This document shows positions 35,720 through 46,555 of a DNA stretch of 64,000 bases, in pieces (position 1 is the stretch's first letter; the number at the start of each line of letters is the position of its first letter). The DNA is taken from IMG/VR virus record IMGVR_UViG_3300045988_071280. One strand, 5' to 3'. The notes beneath the pieces were generated by a model. The model had not been told where the DNA came from and did no database searches. It saw nothing but the letters and a program-made list of their open reading frames with translations. A program made the translations under genes and the position numbers. The DNA is from a virus.

Positions 35720-36580
35720 ATGACATTATTAAAAGAAAGACTATTAGAAGCACAAGAAAGAAAAGAGAATGATATTAAAAACTTTACATGGTTATATCCG
35801 AAAGATAGAGATAATGGAAATGTTCAGAATGAGGTTAAATTAGTATCTTGTACTGAGGAACAACTTAAGGGTTTTTATTCCCACTGTAATAAAATGTTAT
35901 ATAATGACTCTAAGGAAAATCCCGGAAGAGTTAATGTGTTAAAAATAATTCAGGACCAAATTACAAAGATTGGAGTCGAGTTAATGCTTCGAGATTTCGA
36001 AGCTAAAAATGAGAATTTCGATAGATTCTCTTTCGCATTATCTATCGATGAGTTCTTGGAAAAGAATAAAGATGTAGATCCCAAAGTTGCTACAATTAAG
36101 AACTTTATTAAGGTAGCTAGAAAATATGAAGATTTAACTTTACATTCTGTATATGAAGGATGTATTGGGAAGTTGGGATTATTTGAGAATCCTCATATCA
36201 CTAAATCTTTTATTCTTAGAATGGGGCTATGGATGAGTAAAATGGCTGGAGATCATAAGAAATTAAAAGAGTGGGCTGAGTTAAATAAATTATCCAGCTT
36301 AAATCCTATGGATAAAGTATATAAATATTTAAGACTTAAAGAACATGATAAATTAAGATCTAATCCAACCGGATTAACTTTATCCCAGATAAAAGGGATG
36401 TTAGAAATTACTAACCATCCTAAAAAGTATAGTGAATTAACTACAGAACAGCTAACAACTCTTAGATATAGGGTATTGTTAGACTTAAGAACTAGTGTAA
36501 GAAGTCATATCTCAAGATGGGAAACTTTAAAGCATCAGATTGAATTAGTTGCTGAATCTAAAGGATTTAAATTGCTTTAA
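35720..36580 (+). CDS. hypothetical protein at the head of the replication module
   Basis: ORF track; translationally coupled to the polymerase (TAATG). Confidence 0.65.
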   Translation: MTLLKERLLEAQERKENDIKNFTWLYPKDRDNGNVQNEVKLVSCTEEQLKGFYSHCNKMLYNDSKENPGRVNVLKIIQDQITKIGVELMLRDFEAKNENFDRFSFALSIDEFLEKNKDVDPKVATIKNFIKVARKYEDLTLHSVYEGCIGKLGLFENPHITKSFILRMGLWMSKMAGDHKKLKEWAELNKLSSLNPMDKVYKYLRLKEHDKLRSNPTGLTLSQIKGMLEITNHPKKYSELTTEQLTTLRYRVLLDLRTSVRSHISRWETLKHQIELVAESKGFKLL

Positions 36581-39500
36581 TGATTTATTACGTAACAAAA
36601 GCTTCTGAACTATATAAATCTAATAGATATACTATTATATCCCCTGAAGAGTCGTTAAAATTACTACATCCATTAAAATATGTAGGAACAGATACTGAAA
36701 CTGAAGGATTAGATTGTCATAGTAAGAAACTTTTATCTATTCAATTTGGATGTAGGGATTTTCAAGTAGTTATAGATTGTACTACTATAAATCCCATTAT
36801 ATATAAAGATTATTTAGAATCCGAAAGAATTTTTCTTTTATGGAATGCTAATTTTGATCTTAAATTCTTCTATAAAATAGGAATCTTTCCAGATAATATC
36901 CGAGACTTGATGTTATCTGAAAAAGCTATATATCTAGGATATCCTTCTGGTATGCATAGTATGGCTTTGAAAGAAGCTGCTTGGAAGTATCTAAAAAAGA
37001 GTCTAGATAAATCTGTTAGAGGAAAAATTATCACTCAAGGTTTAAATGAAGAAACTATCGTATATTCCGCAGAGGATGTTGAGCACTTGGAGGATATAAT
37101 GATTGCTCAACAACCAGAATTAGATAATCAAAATTTAAATGCAGCACTTAAATTAGAAAATGAATATGTTAAAGTAAATGCTTATTTTGAATTTTGTGGA
37201 GCTAAATTAGATATTTCTAAGTGGAAGGAGAAAATGAAGAGGGATCAGGAGAACTTAAATAAAGCTAAAGATATCCTCGATTCATGGGTTGTTGATTGGG
37301 AAAATGATAGAATATCTAGAGAATCTGAGTTAGTATATTTAGATGTTTCCAAATTTAGAGGGGATAATGTTATAGAAGAAGATAGGAAAAAATTAAAATT
37401 TGCAAAGAGAAGAAAAGAGTCCGACATCAGAGAGAAAGATGGCACCTTAATTGCAGAAGCATATGAGAAAGAAGTTAAGAGGAAGTATTCTAGTATAAAT
37501 ACTCAGGGGAATTTATTTTCCGGGTTTGATTTAACCCCTAAGTGTACTATCAACTGGAAAAGCTCTGCACAAGTATTACTTCTATTCGAAGAATTAGGCA
37601 TAAAATGTTCTACAATAGATCCGAAAACCAAAGCTTTCAAAAAGTCTATAAATGAAAAAGTTATAGCTCCACAAAAGAAAAAGTTTCCGATTATTGAGTT
37701 GTATCTTAATTTTAAAGAAGCAGAGAAGTTAGTAGATTCTTTTGGACAGAAATTTTTGGATTTTGTTAATCCAGCTACTGGAAGAATACATTCTACTTTT
37801 CATCAGTTTGGTACGGATACGGGGAGATTGTCGTCTACAAGTCCTAATCTACAGCAATTACCAAAGGATGCACTTACTAGATCATGCTTTGTAGCAGAAA
37901 AAGGGAATAAATGGATTAGTTGTGACTATTCTGGTTAAAATTGTCATATATAAATGTAATTTTTCTTCATTAATAAAATTTAATAAAATATTTGGATTAA
38001 TCCTGACTAATCTGTATCTTTGCATATTAATCAATACATTTTTATTATGTCAAAGAGAATCACTAAAAGTCAAGAAAATGAAATTATTAAATTGTATGTA
38101 GAGGAAAATAAATCCTCTAAAGAAATTTCGGAGATTATAGGAATCTCTAGTAGTTCAGTATTAAGAGTTTTAAAGAGAAATAATATTGAAACTAGATCTA
38201 AAGCTCCAGTTAGGATACCTAATAAGTTTGGTGAAGAAAAAGAAAAAGAAATTATTAGATTATATACAGAAGAAAATAAAAGTACATTAGAGATTGCAAA
38301 TATTTTCGAAACTTATAATACTTCTATTAGAAGAGTTTTAGAAAGAAATAATGTAAAAATTCGTTCTTATAGTGAAGCTCAACGCTATATAGAGTTAGAA
38401 GATATATCTCTAAAAGAGGGTACTAGAGACTTTGATTATTTTTTAGGGTTATTAGCTACAGACGGATGTGTAACAGAAAATAAGATAGTATTAGATTTTA
38501 GTGAAGAAAACAAGGAACTTTTAGACTATTGGAATGATTTTTTAGGGAATAAATGTAACATTACTATTTCCATTCATAAAGTTTTTAAAGTTCCACAATA
38601 TAGAATAGCTTTTAGGAATAAAGAAGTTGTTAAATATTTAGCTACCTTTGGAATAGTCCCTAGAAAATCCTTCAATTTGAAACTAAAATACATTAATTGG
38701 GATGTATTAAGAGGCATTATTGACGGGGATGGATGTATTTCTTCTACTAATTCAGGAAATACAATAAAATTAGGAATCACTTCTGCATGTAAAGAATTCC
38801 TAATTCAAATCCAAGAATTTCTAGAAGGCGAAGGAATTACTTCTTTTATAAATGAAAGTAAAAGAAACGAAAATCCAATATTTGATCTTTTTGTATATAA
38901 AACTAATGATTTAATGATAATACATAAACATTTATATACTGATGCTCATTACTTTCTTAAAAGAAAAGAGAGTAATTTTGGCCCAATATTAAAGAAATTT
39001 AATATATGTAACTCCGTAAATTCAGTTAACGATGAGCATTCCAAGACTGAGCCAAGCCTTATAGAGGAAGGTGCAGAGACTAGAAACGGAGAACCTAAGG
39101 AATAGTATTAGTATATACTATTCTATGGTTAAGGTATAGTCCAGTGTTGACACACTGCAAGAAAGTTTCATTATGGCATCTCTATCCAATGATTCCGCTA
39201 TGTTAGATGAGCTACTTAGGGGATCCGGTGACCTTCATTCGCTAACAGCTCGAATGGTGTTCGAAGAGATACCAGATGATACACCACTTAAAGAAATTAA
39301 GACAAAATACCATGATCTCAGACAAAAAGCTAAAGGTTATGAATTTTGCTTTAATTATGGAGGAAATGCCTCTACTCTAGTAAAAAATTATGGGATAGAT
39401 GAGGATTATGCGAAATCTATTTACGATAACTACATGTCTGGTTTTGATGGTTTATGTAGATATCAGAAAAATCAGAGAGATTTTGTTAATAGATATGGTT

Positions 39501-40261
39501 ATATTATATTAAATAAACTAGGTCTTCGTGCTCATATATATGACTTCTCTGATTGGGAATATTTAAAGCAGAATAACCCAAGAGAGTATAGACAAAGGAA
39601 AGCAGCTTCAGAAAAGCAGGCAATCAACTATAAAATACAGGGCTCAGGTGCTGCAATGTGGAAATTGGCAATGGTAAAGATATTTAATTATATTAAAAAG
39701 AATAATTATCTTAATATAGTTAAATTATGTGTGCCAGTACACGATAATTCTCAACTTTGTCGTGTTAAAACTTGGTTAATTGCTGGGAATCTTTAAAATA
39801 CTATATACTACAAAAATATTGAAAAATATTTTGAATGTTTTAATAAATATAGTATATCTATGTTAAATATAATATAGAGATAAGACAATCAGCAGCTTTT
39901 TCCTAAGTAATACAATTATAAGGAAAGAAGTTCAGAGACTATCTAGAAATAGAGTAAGCTCCAAGAGGAGTTGAAACGCCAAGGTAAGACAGTATTAGAT
40001 TTTGAATCTCGTTAACTATCTAATATGCTAAATAGAATTGTCTTATAAGATATAGTCCGATACTGCAAGAGATTGCAGAAATATCGCGGAATCGGCGATA
40101 TTGTTAACATAAAGGAAGTCAACTTAGAAGCACCAGAGAACATAGCAGATGAGATAGCCTCTGTAGTAGTAACTGCAATGAAGTCTGCTGGAGTATATTT
40201 TTGTCCAAATGCTCCCTTAAATGTTACTTGTGATATAGGGGATTTTTGGATTCATGAATAA
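36580..40261 (+). CDS. family A DNA polymerase with 3'-5' exonuclease domain, three exons (36580-37935, 39158-39745, 40115-40261)
   Basis: Exo motifs GTDTETEGLD, LWNANFDLKF, YSAEDVEHL. Splicing restores motif A DYSG|QESFIMASLSND, motif B RQKAKGYEFCFNYGG and IQGSGAAMWK, and motif C PVHD|EVNLEAP. Spliced length is 2091 nt, in frame. Confidence 0.85.
38015..38022 (+). promoter_or_regulatory. -7 box TATCTTTG inside the intron, upstream of the HEG
   Basis: Exact TAnnTTTG, 24 nt upstream of the ATG at 38047. Confidence 0.4.
38047..39105 (+). CDS. intron-encoded double-motif LAGLIDADG homing endonuclease with two N-terminal HTH repeats
   Basis: FDYFLGLLATDGCV and VLRGIIDGDGCI. There is a duplicated N-terminal module (EIIKLYVEENKSSKEISEIIG / EIIRLYTEENKSTLEIANIF). 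The track start 38020 is a TTG; the ATG at 38047 is more likely. Confidence 0.85.
   Translation: MSKRITKSQENEIIKLYVEENKSSKEISEIIGISSSSVLRVLKRNNIETRSKAPVRIPNKFGEEKEKEIIRLYTEENKSTLEIANIFETYNTSIRRVLERNNVKIRSYSEAQRYIELEDISLKEGTRDFDYFLGLLATDGCVTENKIVLDFSEENKELLDYWNDFLGNKCNITISIHKVFKVPQYRIAFRNKEVVKYLATFGIVPRKSFNLKLKYINWDVLRGIIDGDGCISSTNSGNTIKLGITSACKEFLIQIQEFLEGEGITSFINESKRNENPIFDLFVYKTNDLMIIHKHLYTDAHYFLKRKESNFGPILKKFNICNSVNSVNDEHSKTEPSLIEEGAETRNGEPKE
39746..40114 (+). mobile_element. ORF-less group I intron (family 1, td-like), 369 nt
   Basis: Begins after ..cacgat| and ends ..aacataaag|. Contains agacaatcagcagc, cagagactatctagaaatagagta and gatatagtccg. Inserted in PolA motif C between D and E. 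Confidence 0.8.
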
Positions 40262-40275
40262 TATAAGTTAATTAT

Positions 40276-40481
40276 ATGGTAACCAACGAAGAATTATCTC
40301 TTAAACTTGATCAAGTTCTTAGAAATCAGAGGAATTAAAAACAATAGGATTGGTAACAATCCAAATTCTAAATAAATTCATAGAACATGAGAAAGGTCCA
40401 GAAGATTTTATTAGGAATATAATAGCTAATATAACCGGAGATGAAATAGAATGGAATAGAAGAGGACAGTATATAAAATAA
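40276..40481 (+). CDS. small hypothetical gene with a frameshift in an A-run
   Basis: MVTNEELSLKLDQVLR then the frame changes to ...SEELKTIGLVTIQILNKFIEHEKGPEDF... Observed agaaatc where agaaaatc restores one ORF. Confidence 0.4.
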
Positions 40482-40487
40482 GTTAAT

Positions 40488-40739
40488 ATGATAGAGTTAA
40501 AAATACTTCCAAAATTTTATGATGATATTATATATAAGGATAAGAGATTCGAAGTAAGAAATATTATAGATAGAACATTCAAACTCGGAGATCTAATTCT
40601 TTTAAGAGAATATTACAAAGGAGAATATACTGATCGAGAATGTATTATAAAGATTATATATATTCTAAAAGATCCTGAATATTGTAAAGAAAATACATGT
40701 ATCTTTGGATTTGAATTAATTACTACTAATCACATATAA
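40488..40739 (+). CDS. DUF3850/ASCH-like protein
   Basis: ELKILPKFYDDIIYKDKRFEVRNIIDRTFKLGDLILLREY matches the LKi.P.yF..v..G.K.FE.R.nDR.f..GD...L.E pattern. Confidence 0.65.
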   Translation: MIELKILPKFYDDIIYKDKRFEVRNIIDRTFKLGDLILLREYYKGEYTDRECIIKIIYILKDPEYCKENTCIFGFELITTNHI

Positions 40740-41920
40740 TGAAAAAAGAAGATAGAATAAAAGAGTTAGTAGAACTCTGGAGAAAAAATAATGGGAGAGG
40801 TAGAATAATTCTCCCTAATCAATTTGGGAAACAATTATTACTATCTAAAGTATTAGAGCTTTTCTTAGATAAAAATCCTTCTTCTGAGGTATTTATTATA
40901 ACTCAAAATTATTCTTCTTCTTATCAATGGAATATGTGGTTATATACTCAGAAGTTATATAATAAATGTAAAGCTTATAGTATTTCTTATATATTAAGTA
41001 ATTTATCTACCTTTACTAAATTCCCATTCTTGATAATTGATGATGTAACTAATGAGAAAAGTTTATACAGTATTTTAAAGATTCCTTATAAATTCTTATT
41101 ATCTATAACTTCTTTTTACGATTTAAATTATTTAAAATCTCTTCCAATTGTCGGAGAAATTACTAAAGAGGAAGCAATATCTAATAAATGGATTAATAAT
41201 TATAAAGAGTATAAAGTTATTATAGATGTAGATGATTTAGATTTATATAAAGAGCATGATCAGAAGTTTTATAAATATATGAAACTATTTAATTATGATC
41301 TTACTCTAGCAATGAACTGCTTATCATCTAAAGAAGTAAGAGAAGAATTTAGTAAACTCAAGAACTGTAAAATTGAATTAGTTAATGCTTGTACTTTTGG
41401 AGTTTATAGAGAGCTTAAATGGAGAAAAGATTTTGTATTTTTCCACCCAAAAAAGAGAGAATTAACTGAAAAGATTTTAGAGTATAATAAATTTAAAAGA
41501 GTTATTATATTCTCTCCAACTATAGAAGAGTCTTATAAGTATGGAGATATTCAATACAATAGTAAACTATCAGATAAACAGAAGTTCGAAGCATTGAAGC
41601 ATATAAATTTCCCAAGTCCGATATTAGTATCTGCTGTAAATGATATTTCTTATGAAATAAAGTCGCAATTTGATGTGGAAATTATTACATGTAATAATTC
41701 ATCTAATATATTAAAAGAGAATAGATTAAAATTAATAAAAGAAGAAGGTAAGATTTTTACATTTGTTATAAAGAATACTATGGAAGAAGCTTGGTACAAG
41801 TTAAGTACTTTAGATAATGATTATATAACAATCACTGAGAAAATGCTACAAAGAGTCTTAGAAGGAAAAGAAATCTTAGAAGAAAGAATTGAAGGTCCGG
41901 AAATGATTTATAATTATTAA
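40739..41920 (+). CDS. putative ATPase/helicase-like protein (weak motifs)
   Basis: P-loop-like LPNQFGKQ and Walker-B-like FLIIDDV. Position in the replication module supports the call. Confidence 0.35.
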   Translation: MKKEDRIKELVELWRKNNGRGRIILPNQFGKQLLLSKVLELFLDKNPSSEVFIITQNYSSSYQWNMWLYTQKLYNKCKAYSISYILSNLSTFTKFPFLIIDDVTNEKSLYSILKIPYKFLLSITSFYDLNYLKSLPIVGEITKEEAISNKWINNYKEYKVIIDVDDLDLYKEHDQKFYKYMKLFNYDLTLAMNCLSSKEVREEFSKLKNCKIELVNACTFGVYRELKWRKDFVFFHPKKRELTEKILEYNKFKRVIIFSPTIEESYKYGDIQYNSKLSDKQKFEALKHINFPSPILVSAVNDISYEIKSQFDVEIITCNNSSNILKENRLKLIKEEGKIFTFVIKNTMEEAWYKLSTLDNDYITITEKMLQRVLEGKEILEERIEGPEMIYNY

Positions 41921-41929
41921 ATATTTAAC

Positions 41930-42259
41930 ATGAAAGAATATAACACTCCGTATGATGAGTTTGGTTGTGAACATGGTCCTGGATGGTATGGATTAGTTTA
42001 TCCTATTATATTTGATATAGAAGAATATAATAAGACTCATCCAGATAAATCACAACAAATAGAAATTTTTCAGATAAAACAGAAATTTGGAGAATTACAT
42101 ATTTACTTAGATAATGCTCCAGAAGATATTAAGAAAAAAGTTAGAAAGGCAGAAGAATTATCTAAGAAAATATGTGAAGTATGTGGTTCTCCTATAGATG
42201 TAGTTACATATTCTAAAAATGGATGGATACGTACTCGATGTAAGGATTGTAAAATTTAA
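41930..42259 (+). CDS. hypothetical protein with C-terminal zinc ribbon
   Basis: CEVCGSP...CKDC. Confidence 0.55.
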   Translation: MKEYNTPYDEFGCEHGPGWYGLVYPIIFDIEEYNKTHPDKSQQIEIFQIKQKFGELHIYLDNAPEDIKKKVRKAEELSKKICEVCGSPIDVVTYSKNGWIRTRCKDCKI

Positions 42260-42264
42260 AAATT

Positions 42265-42525
42265 ATGCCATACTATAGAATATTGATGAATGTACCATGT
42301 ACAAAACTTGCAGAAGTTGAGGTATATGCTAAATCTAAAGAAGAAATTATAGAATTCTTTGAACGTAATAGTTATATAGATAGAGATCCTGAACCAGAAG
42401 AGTATGGAGATATTGCGTATTATAATAGTATAGAAGATCTTGTAGAGGTATCTACTACCGTAGACACATACTATGATGAACTTATATATGAGGATCTTGA
42501 ATCTATAACAGAAATTTCAGATTGA
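42265..42525 (+). CDS. MPYY-family acidic small protein, copy 1
   Basis: Tandem paralog of 42529-42780. More distantly related to 63694-63888. Confidence 0.55.
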   Translation: MPYYRILMNVPCTKLAEVEVYAKSKEEIIEFFERNSYIDRDPEPEEYGDIAYYNSIEDLVEVSTTVDTYYDELIYEDLESITEISD

Positions 42526-42528
42526 TTT

Positions 42529-42780
42529 ATGCCATATTACGATATATCGTTAACCATTCCTTGTAATGTAAAAGTCTCAACTACTGTGTATGCAGAGTCC
42601 GAAGAAGAAATTAAATATTTCATAAATAAGGGCTATATAAATAGAAATACCACAAATATAATTGAAGATATTGGTAACTTTTATAATGCTTATGATTTAG
42701 TTGAGCTTGCTAATATAGTTGATATAGAACCAAACGCAATTGGAGAACAATATATAGATCGTATAGAAGAAGTAAACTAA
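42529..42780 (+). CDS. MPYY-family acidic small protein, copy 2
   Basis: MPYYDISLTIPCN.. compares with MPYYRILMNVPCT.. Confidence 0.55.
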   Translation: MPYYDISLTIPCNVKVSTTVYAESEEEIKYFINKGYINRNTTNIIEDIGNFYNAYDLVELANIVDIEPNAIGEQYIDRIEEVN

Positions 42781-42866
42781 CACTATTCCATTCACGTAAC
42801 ATCTAATAAACTAGAATTAACCGTGCTTGTTTGTGTTATATTGTATAACAATATAAACAAACATTA

Positions 42867-43523
42867 ATGGAAAAAATCTCAATCTCATTAGATCGTGAAT
42901 TAGATCTAATGACACAATATAATCTATCAGCCGAGGAATGGTGGATTATACAATTATTATTCCTCGCTCAGTATCCAGAGGGAAGGATAGATCCTTTAGA
43001 AAGATATAGTAAAATTGTAGGCGGATTTAAATATAATATAATTGAATCTCTTCAATCTAAAGGAGTATTAAAAAAGATGGTTATTAAAAAAGGAGATCAT
43101 TTTGAGATAGATGATTTACAGTTTAATTATGTAAAAGGTGAAGATAAGAAAACATATCCATTAGATATTCCATTCACTGCTAATTTTATTAAGTCCTATT
43201 TAAAACATTCTGGGGAATTAGGGAAGGAATTGTTCCTAGAATATCCAAGTTTTATATACATTAATAATTCTCCTGTAAATGCTCGTAGTATAACGACTGG
43301 GAATCATTTCGGATCTATGGAAGATTTCTTTTTCTTTTACGGAAAGACTATCAAATGGAATCCAACATTACATAGAGAAATAATTGACCTGCTACAATGG
43401 GGAAAAGAAAATGATATGATAAAAATGGGGATTTCTACATTCGTTATTAACCAATCATGGATTGCTTTAAAAGAGGCTAGGGATAAGGGTATGGGATCGG
43501 TGGATATAAATACTCTTATATGA
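42867..43523 (+). CDS. hypothetical protein upstream of the helicase (possible loader or initiator)
   Basis: ORF track; ATGA-coupled to the helicase start. The function is a guess from position only. Confidence 0.5.
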   Translation: MEKISISLDRELDLMTQYNLSAEEWWIIQLLFLAQYPEGRIDPLERYSKIVGGFKYNIIESLQSKGVLKKMVIKKGDHFEIDDLQFNYVKGEDKKTYPLDIPFTANFIKSYLKHSGELGKELFLEYPSFIYINNSPVNARSITTGNHFGSMEDFFFFYGKTIKWNPTLHREIIDLLQWGKENDMIKMGISTFVINQSWIALKEARDKGMGSVDINTLI

Positions 43524-44960
43524 ATTTAATTGATTCTTTTTATCAAAAAGTAGAAGAAGGGAAGAAAGGGAATAATATGGGTATACCATCTGGATTTCCT
43601 AAATTGGATAAGTATATATATGGTATACAAAGAAGGTTTATGAGCACAGTTATTGCCGATTCGGGTAAATTAAGTGCCCCTATTTAATACAAATAAATAG
43701 AAAACCATTTGAATTGCTAGGAACTCGCGAAGATTTAGTAACTAAAACATCAGAAGAAATTCTAAATGTGAATGTTAAAAATACTAAATTATGTGATAAT
43801 TAGCAGCTAAGCTCCTAAGGATGTAATCTATGGAGAAAGTTCAACGACTATCTCGAAAGAGAGTAGGGCTAAGTAGCTCGAAGCGGATGGTATAATATTT
43901 TAATATTATAATGAAATAGTCTAATCTTACACGAAAGTGTAAGAGTATATATGGAAACGATATATACGTAATATAATTGGCAGGTAAGAGTTCTGTGGCC
44001 ATATTTATGTATATCTATAAACCTTTAGTTTATTCCTTAGAACATCCAGAGATACCTGTAAATATTCTCGCATTAAGCTTTGAAATGTCAAAAGAAGTAC
44101 TTCTCGCTAAACTTCTCTCTCTTTATATCCTTGATAAATATCATATTGATATTAGTTATTCTGAAATATTCTCATTAGATAAACCTGTTTCAGACGATAA
44201 ACTTAAATATATCTATGATGCTAGGGATTGGTTAACTAAAATAGATGATAAATTAACTATCTACGATACTCCTTTAAATTCTACTGGAGTATATAATATC
44301 CTCAGAACATGGGCTGGATATTTTGGGAAGTTTGAAACAGATGATAATGGTGAGAGGTATATAAAGAATGATAAAAATCAGTATTTAATAACAGTATTAG
44401 ATCATTGTAAGTTATTAAAGAATAATGGTTCCGGAATTAAGCATGAGATAGATGAAACAGCTAAACATTTTATTTATTACCGTAATTTGTGTGATATGAC
44501 AATATGTGCTGTTCAACAAGCTAATAGACAATTTAAATCTATGGATAGAAGAAATTCCGAACATAATTATCTCGAATTACAAGATGCTCAGGATACTGCG
44601 GACATGACACAAGCATCAGAAATTGTTATTGGTGTCTATCATCCATTCAGAGAGAAGAAGGCTAAGTGTGAAGGGTTTGATATTAAGAAATTACGAGATA
44701 ACTTTAGGTTGATCCAATTGCTTAAAGGACGATTTGGACAGTCTGATGTTGTTGAGGGTTGTATTTTCCAAGGAAGTATAGGATATTTCAAAGAATTAGA
44801 TCCTCCCGAAGATGGAAAGAGATTTGATTACGATAGAGTTCTGAGAATGGATTATTTATTCGAAGAATTTGATAATCAACAAAAGAAAAAAGAAGAGTTA
44901 GATAGAGTTATTAAAGAAGATGAAGAAGATGAAGTACTTGAATTTAATTTTAATGTATAA
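43520..44960 (+). CDS. DnaB-family replicative helicase, two exons (43520-43666, 43980-44960)
   Basis: Exon 1 (not in the ORF track) reads MNLIDSFYQKVEEGKKGNNMGIPSGFPKLDKYIYGIQRRFMSTVIADSG. Splicing creates the Walker A ADSG|AGKS. Downstream are VLDHCKLL (Walker B-like) and QQANR. Confidence 0.8.
43667..43979 (+). mobile_element. ORF-less group I intron (family 1, td-like), 313 nt
   Basis: Begins after ..tcgggt| and ends ..ataattg|gcaggtaag. Contains ttagcagctaagc, caacgactatctcgaaagagagtaggg and aaatagtctaat. Confidence 0.8.
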
Positions 44961-45845
44961 ATGGCTATAGTATTACCAACAAGTAAAATACAACCAACAG
45001 AAACTGAACCTAGGGTATTAGTTATATTCTCGAAGCCAAAATCTGGGAAATCTACAGCTCTAAGCTTATTAGATAATAATTTAATACTAGATACAGAAGG
45101 AGGAACAGCGTATATTGAAGCATTAAAAGTAGATGTTTCCTCAGTTAAAGATATATTAGAAGTATGTAAACAAATTAAAGCAGCAGGATATCCTTATAAA
45201 TACATAACTCTAGATACCTTAACTTCTTTAGAGGAAATTCTACAACCGTATGCTTTAAATCTATGGAAGAAATCTAATGCATATAATCCAGAAAAGAATC
45301 CGGAACAATTAAAAGTAACTGATGTATATACTTTACCCTTTGGATTAGGGCAGAAGTATATGAGAGATTCATATTTAGCAGTAATCGGATTATTACAACA
45401 AGTATGTAAGAGAATTATTCTAGTATGTCATTCAAAAGATGCGAAAATAAATGAGAATGAATTAACTATAAAAGATATTGATTTAGCTGGAAAGTTATCT
45501 GATATTATTGCATCTAAATATGATGGAGCTGGATATTTGTATAGGGATAAAGATGATAATACTATTATTACTTTTGATATAAAACAACTTGCAGCAGAAT
45601 GTAAATGTAGAGTCCCTAGATTAGATGGTAAGAAGTTTGTATTAATCGAGAATCGAGATGGAAAATTAATACCTCATTGGGATCGTATTTATTCTTCCGA
45701 ACCCTATAGTGGAGAAGATGTAATTACTACTCCTCAGATTAATGTTGCAGATATTTCAGATGAAATAGAATTTAACAAAGAAGATCAATCTGAAAATTCT
45801 AATACATCCGAAGAGAAATCTGAAGTAGTGAACTTTCAAATATAG
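44961..45845 (+). CDS. AAA_24/Sak4-like RecA-fold ATPase
   Basis: RVLVIFSKPKSGKSTALSLLDNNLILDTEGG (Walker A followed by the D-x-E-G motif) and ILVCHS. Confidence 0.65.
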   Translation: MAIVLPTSKIQPTETEPRVLVIFSKPKSGKSTALSLLDNNLILDTEGGTAYIEALKVDVSSVKDILEVCKQIKAAGYPYKYITLDTLTSLEEILQPYALNLWKKSNAYNPEKNPEQLKVTDVYTLPFGLGQKYMRDSYLAVIGLLQQVCKRIILVCHSKDAKINENELTIKDIDLAGKLSDIIASKYDGAGYLYRDKDDNTIITFDIKQLAAECKCRVPRLDGKKFVLIENRDGKLIPHWDRIYSSEPYSGEDVITTPQINVADISDEIEFNKEDQSENSNTSEEKSEVVNFQI

Positions 45846-45854
45846 AATTATAAA

Positions 45855-46541
45855 ATGGAAATAGAACTTAATCTTGTAGTTACTCTATCAGATAATTTAA
45901 AAGTTACTGGAGTTAGAATTAATAAACCATCTAACTCTTTTGAAGAAGCAGCTTCTAAAACTATTGCTGTAGTAACTCCTAAAAGATCTAAATCTAAAAA
46001 AGATCAGGATACAATAGTTCTGGAAGATAATAAACTAGTATTAACTCAGAAATTATTAGATATAATTAATGCTGAACCAGGAGATAGATTACTAGTCTCT
46101 TTTAAAGAAGAGAATGGTATTTACTTTCCAGTAATTGCTAAATCAGAAGTTTTTGCGGATCCAGAATCTGGAAATAAATTAACTAAAAGTCTTACTCTTT
46201 CTTATAGAGGAAAACAGAGAGAACAGTTATTAATCTATGGTACAAAATTTAGATTCGAGGAAACTTCCGAAAATTCTAAAACATGTAAATTAATTGGAGA
46301 TAAAGAAGTTAAAGCAGATGATAAAGTTATTAAATCTAATAAAGATATTGTAACTTTTGATTCTGATGAATCGGAAGATGATACAAAGAAAACTTATACA
46401 AGGGAATTAAAAACTCCTTTTGAAGTTACTTTGGAAGATGAGGGAGATTATGAAATTCCAACAGATCTTAAAAACTTAGATTTAGAGGGATTAGAAGAAA
46501 TAAATCTAGATGATAAAACACTTTTTAATTTAACTAATTAA
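45855..46541 (+). CDS. acidic hypothetical protein
   Basis: ORF track. Confidence 0.6.
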   Translation: MEIELNLVVTLSDNLKVTGVRINKPSNSFEEAASKTIAVVTPKRSKSKKDQDTIVLEDNKLVLTQKLLDIINAEPGDRLLVSFKEENGIYFPVIAKSEVFADPESGNKLTKSLTLSYRGKQREQLLIYGTKFRFEETSENSKTCKLIGDKEVKADDKVIKSNKDIVTFDSDESEDDTKKTYTRELKTPFEVTLEDEGDYEIPTDLKNLDLEGLEEINLDDKTLFNLTN

Positions 46542-46555
46542 TTTATTTAAACATT

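Larger units (their letters stand above)
37936..39157 (+). mobile_element. group I intron (family 1, td-like) carrying a LAGLIDADG homing endonuclease
   Basis: Begins after a U (..tctggt|) and ends in G (..cacactg|caagaa). The 3' part has core-like cagagactagaaacggag and aaggtatagtccag. Inserted in PolA motif A. Confidence 0.8.

Noticed and set aside
16799-40481. Programmed ribosomal frameshifting or transcriptional slippage at the split genes.
   Set aside because: None of the sites has an X XXY YYZ heptamer or a downstream pseudoknot. The runs are short (3-5 nt). All require the same +1-nt correction in unrelated small genes. A systematic sequencing artefact is the simpler explanation.
42827-42862. 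AT-rich imperfect hairpin (tgtttgtgttatattg / caatataaacaaaca) upstream of ORF 42867 as a replication origin or operator.
   Set aside because: The stem is almost entirely A-T with a bulge, and such inverted repeats are common by chance at this composition. I noted it but did not call it.
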